A stretch of 64,000 bases of DNA from Octopus sinensis (Eukaryota), in NCBI RefSeq assembly GCF_006345805.1, contig NC_042998.1:113336001-113400000 (forward strand). Reading direction: 5' to 3'. Positions 41,251 through 50,465 of the stretch are shown one piece after another. Under the pieces are notes generated by a model that made no database searches, was not told the origin of the DNA, and worked only from the letters and a program-made list of their open reading frames with translations. Position 1 is the stretch's first letter, and every line of letters begins with the position of its first letter. The translations under genes were made by a program, and so were the position numbers.

Positions 41251-42798
41251 ACATATGTATGCCTATGTGCATACTTGAGATTTCTTTTTGTGCATGTATT
41301 TTTAGCTCCCCTGTAATGTTATTTGGAACCGCCTTTTCAACCTCACACAACTACATCAACATCAACCTATTCAACAACCCCTTCCCATGCCACACATCCT
41401 CTCACAATAAAAGCATTCAAGCACCACTTAATGACCCCTATTTCACCTTCAAATAAAAAGTACTTCATTCTTTCTTCCTATTAATTATTAACTTTAAAAT
41501 GGTCTTATTAATATTAGTGCTACGTTTAAGGTGGTGAGCTGGCAGAAATCGTTAGCATGCTGGGCAAAATGTCTTGTGGAATTTTGTCTGTCTTTACGTT
41601 CTGTGTTCAAATTCCATCAAGGTCGACTGGGGCTGATAAAATAAGTACCAGTTGATCTCTGGGGTACAAGGTAATTGACTTTGTGCGAAAATTTGAAAGA
41701 ATCATTAGCATGACAGGCGAAATGCTTAGTGGTATTTTGCCTGTCATTCCATTCTTAGTTCAAATTCCACCAAGGTTGACTTTACCTTTCATCCTTTCGG
41801 GGTCAATAAATTAAGTACCAGTTGTGTATGAGGGTTGATCAAATTGACTGGCCCCACCTCTCCCAAAACTTCAGGCCTATAGTAGAAAGGATTAAATATT
41901 ATCCTTAAGTACAAACCATCATGATGGTAAGTTGTCAGAATTATTAGAGCATTGGATAAGGTATTTGTACTGATACTCAGTGCTTTGAGTTTAAATCCTG
42001 CTGAGGTCAACTTTTACTTTTCTTCCTTTCAGGATCTATACTTGTGGTTCTCATCTGGGGTCCACTTAACCGTTGGGGCTCCATAGAGGATTTTGTCATT
42101 AAAATTTGTGTGCAATAAATTGGTTATACTTCTATAATACACAAAATAGTTTAACAATTTTTTAAACACAATTCTTAATGATATTTAATTACAAAAATAT
42201 AATAGTATTTTTTAAACATCAAATGGTCTATACGAAAAGTATTACCAAAGGGTGCTTGACAACCAGTATTGATGTGTTTATGCCCTGTAATGTAGCAGTT
42301 CAGCAAGAGAAACTGATAGAACCCAACTTTACAAAAACATAATAAGTATTGGGGTCAATTCATTTGACTAAAATTCTTCAAGGCAATGCCCCAGCATGGC
42401 CACAGACTAATGACTGAAGCAAGAATAATAAAAAGATAGTTTCAGTCATTGGACTGTGACATACTGGAGCACTGTTTTGAAGGCTTTTCTTTCATTATAT
42501 TGATTTGAGTACTTTGTCTGGCATTTGTCTTATTGACCTTGGTGCTGAGTGAAAGGGTAGACAAGCAACATGGGGAGAAATTAGATGTGCATGCATGTGT
42601 GTGTGTGTGAGTATGTGCATGTGCACACAAACACACAGTCTCCGTTAAGTGGTTGGTGTTGTAAAGGGTATATAGTCATAGAAATCAAACCAAAACTGAC
42701 AATTATGAGCAATATGTGATTGTCCAATGCATCTAAGAATAATTCCAAATAAGAACGGACTCAAATTGTATTGACCCGTCCAATCGAAAGGGGACATA

Positions 42799-42840
<42 letters not shown>

Positions 42841-43040
42841 ACAATTATTCGGTAACCATGATAAAACTCCGAAAAGCTTGGAGTTTTATCATGGCTACCG
42901 AATAATTGTCACATATTATATTTACAGATAAATTCCTCTATTTACAAAATATCGAAGTCTCTTTCAATCTTTTGTTGTCTTGCCATTTCTATCAATATAT
43001 ATATATAATGTACTATACCGTGAAAGAGATTTTAAAAAAA

Positions 43041-43125
43041 GCATGATATATAGTTTGTGTCTGAAGAATATGTTTCAGTATTTCTAAACATATGAAACTA
43101 TTAGTAGCACTTAAAGACATTGTGC
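43041..43125 (+). ncRNA. Type I hammerhead ribozyme within a ~145-bp TA-flanked mini-element
   Basis: CTGAAGA 43061-43067; stem II ATATGTTT/AAACATAT; GAAA 43094-43097; stem III ACTA-T-TAGT; GUA cleavage after 43106; stem I GTGT/GCAC plus GCATGAT/ATTGTGC. Confidence 0.8.
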
Positions 43126-43262
43126 CCTTTGAATAATTTATCTGTCTTTCTGTATATATGCCAATAGAATAGATATATGGCTTAAATAAAAAATGTACTG
43201 GGGTGGTGATTTGTTCAGCTAAAACTCTTCAAGGTGATGCCTCAGCATAGCTACAGTCCAAT

Positions 43263-43266
<4 letters not shown>

Positions 43267-43320
<54 letters not shown>
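43267..43320. repeat. (GA)n microsatellite
   Basis: Direct inspection. Confidence 0.95.
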
Positions 43321-43322
<2 letters not shown>

Positions 43323-44127
43323 CTGATTTGAAATTGTTCATTGTGCAAGTAAGCTGTAAAAATTGTATCTTTACTAAAACTTTAAATAGATTATTTCACA
43401 ATATCTATAACTATAAAGTCTCTCTTTTGCACTCACACATGGTTATATATACAGCAGACATAGAATGCCTTGAAAAAGGATAAACATATAACTATTTACA
43501 ATTATAATCACAAAATCAAGGCACGGAACTCTTTCTGCTGATGAAGCTTTTATGAAAGCTATAAATTTTTTAATGAGATTCTAGCCAGGTACAATATTAA
43601 ATTTAGTGAAATTATTAACCTTTCAATTACTATAGACCCAATGGTGAAAGTAAATAGGCCAGCGTTGCATACGTATCATCACTTTGATTATACGTGATTT
43701 TATTGATTTGTTTGAGAGTTTAGAATATTGATTTCTAACATAGACAAACAGCCACAAATTGTAGGAGAAGAGTTTCTCTCGATTGACTTGATTAATACTT
43801 TATCGATCCCAGAAGGATGAAATGTAATATCAGCCACAACAGGACTTGAACATAAAGACCACAAGATATTTGCCTTACACTACTGGTTTCTGCAGGTCCA
43901 CCACCTTTTGAATATTGTAATTTACTTGCAATATTCTCATTCATGGTCCAGAGCTTTTTTTTTTTTTTTCAATACTAGAAAATATTTCAGATTTAAAACA
44001 GATGGTGATCATTTACATTAATGTATGCTGACCATTAATAAATGTAATTCTGTAAGTGGCTGTGTGTGTGTGTGTATATATAGTGAGTGTGTGTGTGTAT
44101 GTATGTATATACATATATAGCTTATGT

Positions 44128-45455
44128 GGTGGGAGGAACTGTCTAACACAGCTCCTCCATCACTTTGATGACATCTTAAATGCACTAAGTGAGGGCTCCA
44201 ATGTGGATGTCATACACCTCGATTTCAGCAAGGCCTTTGACAGAGTCAACCACAATATACTGTTAAGGAAACTATCCAATGCTGGAGTCGGTGGAAAGCT
44301 ACTTCAATTGATTAGGCATTTCCTAACAAAGAAGACCCAGCATGTTGTGGCTGATGGCAACTACGCAAGTCCAGCAAAAGTCATCAGCGGAGTCCCGCTG
44401 GGTACTGTGCTGAGTCCACTTCTTTTTATTGTCTATATCAATGACATTGCAGATTCCATTGAACATAGCACCATTAAAATATATGCAGATTACTTTAAGC
44501 TCCAGAAAGTCGTTAAGAGAGCATATGATTGAACACTGCTTTAATTGGACCTATGTGCAGTAACCCAGTGGGCACAAAAAAACAATATGCAGTAGAACAA
44601 GGAAAAATTTGAGCTCATCCACTTTGGAAATGAGAGCACACTCAAACAACCATGTACACTACCGTCAGGAGACCTACTTGAACCGTCGGATAATATCAGA
44701 GACTAAGATGTAACTGTTGACAGTAACCTTAGCTGGAGTGTGCACATCAACAAAAAAGTCGATGTTGCCCACAGATTGTGCTCATGGATCCTCAGAACTT
44801 TTCAATCTAGGGATCATGAAACCATCATCTTTCTCTTCTCCACATTTGCTAGGCCCCACCTTGAATACTGCTGCCCATTGTGGTCTCCCTACAAAAACAA
44901 GACATAATGAGGATCAAAGTGCCACAAAGATCAATCACAAAAAAATAAATGGCATGATAGGACTTGATTATTGGGCTTGACCTAAACAGCCGAAGCTCTA
45001 TTCTCTGCAACGCTGCCGTGAGCGATACATTATTTGTACCATGTGGAAAATATTCCACCACTATTATCCAAATGATATCAGTATTATGTTTACAATTCAC
45101 CCAAGACTAGGCTCCCATGCAATGCGTCCCCTACAAAGGTCGAGATCACATCACATAAGAACATTGCGACACAATTTCTTCACTGCAAATGGTCCTGCAC
45201 TTTTCAATGTTATCCCGAAAGAGATTAAAGTCGAAAAAGACACCACAACTTTCAAATGGTACCTGGACAAATTCCTCCAGGGAATACTGGATAAACCACC
45301 TACACCTGGATATGTCTCAACTAACAACAACTCTCTGCTTGAGTGGTCCATAGTGTCCTGAAATAATTAACTAAAAGACTTTTCCAGGTGGTGCTTTTGA
45401 GTTAATCATGGCCTGGGCTGATAATGGCTGAAACTAATGTAAGTTATCTTCTAAG
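44128..45455 (+). mobile_element. 5'-truncated, decayed CR1/L2-group LINE
   Basis: DVIHLDFSKAFDRVNH, SGVPLGTVLSPLLFIVYINDI, YADY (mutated YADD), RPHLEYCCPLWSP, NFFTANGPALFNVIP; stops and frameshifts. Confidence 0.88.
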
Positions 45456-45672
45456 TTCATCATCATCATCATCATCATCGTTTAACGTCCGTTCTCCATG
45501 CTAAATATAACAATTGCAGCATGGAAGGTGTTTATAAGCCATTTAAGAAACACACAAAAACCGTTAGATTCACTTCAACATTTAAATTTAAATGCAATTG
45601 TTTTCGTTCTATATATATATATATATATTACAGAGATGTAGTTGCATAGCAAGTGACCTGGTCTGAGATCAT

Positions 45673-48264
45673 GTGCTAGAGAACGAAGATCTAAAATCGA
45701 ACCAGGCAGCAGCATCGTCCGAATATTGTGGGCTTTTTAAATCAATGAATACACCGCCACCTAACCCAAGACTGAAGAAGTTTGAGGATGACTTGTGGGA
45801 CATCGTAAGGAAGATTAAGTTCAGGAAGTCACCCAGAAGAAATGATCACCTCAGATACCTAGATAAAATTACCAAGGATATTAATAGATCGGATGGAGTC
45901 CTGGTCCAGTCCGACAAGACCAGGAACACATACAAGTTACCCATTAAACAGTACCTAGATTTACTCGGAAAAGAGATCAAGAAGAATTATAGAACAACTA
46001 ATTGGAGTACATTGAGGAAAGTAAACTTGGAGATTAAGGAAATAATGTTTAAATACGGAATTCAAATGAGAACGCAGCCGCTTAGCCCTAAGCAACCTAG
46101 ATTTATAGTGAAGGACCATAAACCGAATTTCTACACCAACCCAGTGTTAAGACTCATATGCCCTGCTAGTTCTGATATCGGGACCATCAGTAAGTACATT
46201 TTAGATAAATATATCCCTAGTTTAGAAAACAAGCTGAAGCTTAGCCTCTGGGCTAACTCCTCGCAGGTAGTGAAGTGGTTCTCTTCCATCCCAAATAAGA
46301 ACCGTACTAGGTTTATTCAGTTTGATATCGCCAGCTTCTACCCCTCGATTAACCCTAGTGTACTAAATAAGGCCCTTTGGCATGCTCACAACAAGGCAGG
46401 CCTCACTAGAGAAGAAATTGATATTATTTTAGTTGCCAGAAAATCATTTATAAGGTTTGAAAATAAGTTGTGGATTCGTAAAGATACTCCCAATGAATTC
46501 GATGTGCCTATGGGTAGTTCGGATAGTGCGCAGATAGCCGATTTGGTCGGAATCTATATTCTCTACGAATTGTCCGACCAATTCCCGGATATCGCGGGCG
46601 GCCTGTATCGGGACGATTGTCTGTTTTACCTGCAAAACACCACGAACAGAATCGTACAGAAAACTAAGAATAGGTTAGCTAGGTTCTTTAATAGAATGGG
46701 CATGAATATAGTTTTTGATAATGAACTCACCAAGGCTAATTTCCTAGACGTTACACTAAACCTCCATAGCGATTCATACTGCCCTTACCATAAGCCTTCC
46801 ACTAATTTGAAGTATGTCAGTGTCTTCTCCAATCATGCCAAAACCGTAACAGACAATTTGGTTAAAAACATCTCTCTAAGATTGTCTAACTTGTCCGCTA
46901 GTGCCGACATTTTTATGCAGAAAGCGGAATTTTATAACGCCGCACTATCCAAAGCCGGTTATAGGCAGAAGGTAGTATATATTGATCCAGCCTTTCCGAT
47001 GCCACCATTCGGTCATCAGGATAGGGCCGTCTATAATAACATAAACAATTTAAGTAGTGACAGGAGCGCGGGGAGTGTTGGAGCAGGTACTTCCAGATTT
47101 AATTTAGGGAACAAAGATAATTATCGGTCCGGGGGAGTTCACACTAAACCAAAACCCGTTATTCATCCTATAATCACCCACCCTAATGTTAGAGCTGGCT
47201 TCCCGACCCATCACATAAATAGGAATAAGCATATATGGTTTGTAATTCCCTTTGGTAAGCAGATTAGAACTAACCTTCCCCTCCTGTTTCGACAAGCCAT
47301 CGCCAGTAACTTCCCCAGAAATTCCAAATATTACTCCACGGTTAATTCGCATAAAGTTAGGATAGCTTTCTCCAACACAAAAAACCTTTCCCAGATAATC
47401 GCCTCCCATAATAATAGGCTGCTTATTAAGACCCTACCACCTTTGTCCGGAGGCGCAGCTCCGTCCGCTCCTAGTTTAACGCTCAGTAGGAATAATAATA
47501 GTAGTAATAATGATAAGAGAGCCAGTACAGTGACTGATAATCTCAGTACCAACCAGGGATTAAATACTAGGTGTAACGATAGAAGAAATGGTGATGTCAT
47601 TAACGTTAGTAATGGCAATAGTGAGGTGAGCGCAGCTCGGGTCATTAATGTAGAGAGTCCTAATAGCAACTCCAGCATCGTTTCCGGCAATAGCAGGCCC
47701 GCGGATACTAGCAATTACAGCGCTCTCAGTGATAGGGAAGACTCAGGGGTTAGTCCGTTAATTAATAGCGACTTTGAGGAATATAAAGTAGTAAGCGGCC
47801 GCAGTTCTCGCAATCAATATAGTAACAGTAACGCAGTTCTAATTTCAGAAGCTAATCCCAATAGAATAAGGTTCTTGTCGAGTAACTCCAAGATCAGAAA
47901 TGCCATTTACCAATGTAAGGTTTACACGGACTCAGATGTCTACTCGTATGTCGGGGCCTCATCGTCAGAATTGGCCTTGCGAATTTCCAACCATTTCGCA
48001 ACTTTTCGCGACGTGAATAAATACCAAGCTACGGGACTTAGCAAGCTTATATGGCGTTTGAAGAACGCGAACTCAGGGTTCAGGCTGGAATGGTCGATTT
48101 TGTCGGTGGCCCTCCCATTTGATAGGGGCAGAAGGAAGTGCAATCTTTGTGTCTCTGAGCTTTTCCACATATTGTTCGCCAGAGACCGGTTGGTAAACGG
48201 ACTTTTACAGTCGGCTTTTCGATGTCCCCATTGGCGGCGTTATACTTACCTTGCTTATAAATGA
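45673..48264 (+). CDS. PLE polyprotein: reverse transcriptase + C-terminal GIY-YIG endonuclease (open 863 codons; first ATG at 45745)
   Basis: SDKT (PLE DKG-like motif), FDIASFYPSI, PMGS, YRDD (46606-46617), FLDVTL; AIY (47902)..YVG (47947), R, CNLC (48139), E, N, CPH. Confidence 0.93.
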   Translation: MLENEDLKSNQAAASSEYCGLFKSMNTPPPNPRLKKFEDDLWDIVRKIKFRKSPRRNDHLRYLDKITKDINRSDGVLVQSDKTRNTYKLPIKQYLDLLGKEIKKNYRTTNWSTLRKVNLEIKEIMFKYGIQMRTQPLSPKQPRFIVKDHKPNFYTNPVLRLICPASSDIGTISKYILDKYIPSLENKLKLSLWANSSQVVKWFSSIPNKNRTRFIQFDIASFYPSINPSVLNKALWHAHNKAGLTREEIDIILVARKSFIRFENKLWIRKDTPNEFDVPMGSSDSAQIADLVGIYILYELSDQFPDIAGGLYRDDCLFYLQNTTNRIVQKTKNRLARFFNRMGMNIVFDNELTKANFLDVTLNLHSDSYCPYHKPSTNLKYVSVFSNHAKTVTDNLVKNISLRLSNLSASADIFMQKAEFYNAALSKAGYRQKVVYIDPAFPMPPFGHQDRAVYNNINNLSSDRSAGSVGAGTSRFNLGNKDNYRSGGVHTKPKPVIHPIITHPNVRAGFPTHHINRNKHIWFVIPFGKQIRTNLPLLFRQAIASNFPRNSKYYSTVNSHKVRIAFSNTKNLSQIIASHNNRLLIKTLPPLSGGAAPSAPSLTLSRNNNSSNNDKRASTVTDNLSTNQGLNTRCNDRRNGDVINVSNGNSEVSAARVINVESPNSNSSIVSGNSRPADTSNYSALSDREDSGVSPLINSDFEEYKVVSGRSSRNQYSNSNAVLISEANPNRIRFLSSNSKIRNAIYQCKVYTDSDVYSYVGASSSELALRISNHFATFRDVNKYQATGLSKLIWRLKNANSGFRLEWSILSVALPFDRGRRKCNLCVSELFHILFARDRLVNGLLQSAFRCPHWRRYTYLAYK

Positions 48265-48861
48265 TACCTAAGACAATTAGCACCTTGTTACCCTACTAAA
48301 ATGAAAATAATCCTTGGAAATAATTTTTGAAAAAGCTTTTTAAGAAATATATGAATAACCCTTGCAAGGGGAAATTACTCCCATTAGGCGAATGGTGGTT
48401 TGTTTTGGAAGCAAACGCTGGAATTTTATATACCCTTAGGATTCTTTGACGACGTTAATTTTTTGACAAGCAGGCCTAGACGAACACACGAACACAAAAA
48501 ATATTTTCTGCTGCCTGACGAATTTTTCAGCAGTGACCATTATGTAGCGCCTTTTACCAACATACGGCCGCGCACACATAGGCCAGTACACACATACATG
48601 CTTCTAGGTAGTTTTTGTCTCGCCCCCCAAAAATACACCCAGTATTCTTAAAATATTCAGAATTTTAGTTTTGGTCACACAGAACATCTCCACACCCCTT
48701 GCTCTCACCTACTGGATTTGACCGCCGCCTGACCTGTAAATATCTTCAACGCACCCACCATCCGATTTCAACGTACATTGATAAACAGTTCAGCCATGGG
48801 CTCTTAAAGAGCCTCCTCGTTCAAATTGCTTTGCTGCGCCTCTGTTCTGTTTTGTTCTGCC

Positions 48862-48979
48862 AACGGAATTCCTATTTTTTCCTGACGAGAAAGCCACAAT
48901 ATGGTATCCTTATTTAATCAGAATTTGGAAAATTGTGGCTTTTGAAACATGTGTAGAATGCAATAAAAGGAATTCTGTT
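48862..48979 (+). ncRNA. Type I hammerhead ribozyme in the PLE 3' (pLTR) region
   Basis: CTGACGA 48882-48888; 12-bp stem II GAAAGCCACAAT/ATTGTGGCTTTT; GAAA 48944-48947; minimal stem III ACA-TG-TGT; GUA cleavage after 48955; stem I TTC/GAA plus AACGGAATTCCT/AGGAATTCTGTT. Confidence 0.88.
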
Positions 48980-49012
48980 CAATCTTCGTTCAACTCCATT
49001 TCTTCAATTCAC

Positions 49013-49110
49013 TATATATATATATATATATATATATAAATATATATATGTGTGTATATATATATATATGTGTATATATATATATATATAAATAAAGAGA
49101 GAGAGAGATA
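49013..49110. repeat. (TA)n-rich microsatellite at the PLE 3' junction
   Basis: Direct inspection. Confidence 0.9.
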
Positions 49111-50129
49111 CATCATCATGATGTAATGTCCGTTTTCCATGCTGGCATGAGTTGGATGGTTTAACAGGAACTGGCAAGCCAGAGAGCTTCACTGGGCTCC
49201 AGTTGTCTGTTTTTTATGGCTGAATGCTCTTCCTAATGCTAACCACTTTATTGAGTATATTGAATGCTCTTTATGTGGTGCCAGCACAGATATTTTCCCA
49301 CTTGGCACCAGTACTCACAGGGTTGCTAAGTAACTTGTAAAACAAAGATTTATCTACTGAGAGAGAAAAAGAAACTCAGAGAAATGGCTGTGTACCAGGT
49401 GAGAAGGTGGAGTATTATTGAGGGACAAAGATAGTTGCCTTACTACAGAGGACAAGGAAAGAGAGGAAGATGAGTGACAGAAAGAGACAGTTAGAGAGAG
49501 GGGGAGGGAGAGAGAGACAACCTAACTACTGGGAACAGTGTGTAGGGGAGTATAAGTAGTACAGAAGGGATAGAAGAGATGTTCCATAAGAGTGTGAGGT
49601 GAGATATTTGGAGATAGTAAGTGATAGTAAGAGGAACTGGAGGGGCCTGTAGTAGGTGGTGGGGGTTATGGGGAGAAGGGTTGTAAGTGAATCCTTCTAA
49701 TGTCCACCTTTCCATGCTTGTATGGGCAAGACGAAATTTTATTGAGGCAGATTTTCTATGGCCAGTTGCTCATCCTATCCCCAACCCTCACTTGTTTCCA
49801 AGTAAGGTGATATTTCCCCGTGTCTGGACATGTTTTCACAGAAGATCAGGAATGAAGGACTCTGCTTGTATGACAGAAACATTTGTTTATGACTATTGTG
49901 TGATATCAAGGGAAAGAGACAGTAACACACACACAAGATGGGCTTCTCTCAGTTTCTGTCTAACAAATCCACTCACAAGGCTTTGGTTGGTTGGGGCTAT
50001 AGCAGAAGATATTTGCTTAAGGTGCCACATGGTGGGACTGAACCAGGAACCATGATGATTAGTTTAAAATAATTTCAAGAAAAACACGTTTAGTGATGAG
50101 GAGTAGACTCAATGCTAAAAGTAGTAAAA

Positions 50130-50465
50130 TCTCTCTATATATAAACAACAAAATGTCTGTGTGTGTGTCCTTTATACAAATCCACAATTTTTCAGTTAGA
50201 GGGCTCACACTTTCTATGGTCATTCAGAAGGTGGTCCAAGGGTGGTCGTGCACACCATTACATTTCCCCAGTCACCCCGCAAAGCCATTAAAAAATCAAT
50301 AGAAGTGACTTTTTTGTGAATTTCTATCCCAAACCCAATCAAATTGCCCAAAACTTGATATGCCAATTGAATGCCAGCTAGCTGTATGTGATTGGTCGGA
50401 GATTTGGACAGTACTTGTGTGTATGTGCACACGCATGCACGCAGCTGTATATGCATGCACTAGCA
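50130..50465 (+). mobile_element. Possible non-autonomous Helitron 5' portion
   Basis: A|TCTCTCTATATATAAA...GTCTGTGTGTGTGTC start resembles small Helitrons; 3' end not canonical. Confidence 0.45.

Larger units (their letters stand above)
45629..49012 (+). mobile_element. Penelope-like retroelement (Naiad-type), inserted in (TA)n, probably slightly 5'-truncated
   Basis: (TA)n at ~45610-45628 and from 49013; intact RT+GIY-YIG ORF; 3' region with a hammerhead; CpG-rich compared with host DNA. Confidence 0.9.

Noticed and set aside
43525-43586. CTGATGA-AGCTTT tatg AAAGCT hammerhead-like start
   Set aside because: The only GAAA is consumed within the hairpin, and no credible stem III or proximal stem I is present; at best a heavily decayed relic.
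46444-48283. Antisense ORFs within the PLE
   Set aside because: Short shadows of the sense ORF with no independent evidence of function.
48139-48330. Selenocysteine recoding/SECIS, as reported for some Naiad elements
   Set aside because: There is no in-frame internal TGA: the CNLC and CPH cysteines use TGC/TGT, and the terminal TGA follows a complete-looking C-terminus. No convincing SECIS seen by eye.
48508-48533. Second CTGACGA in the PLE 3' region
   Set aside because: It lies in the loop of a CTGCTG/CAGCAG hairpin with no stem II-GAAA following, so it is not a hammerhead.
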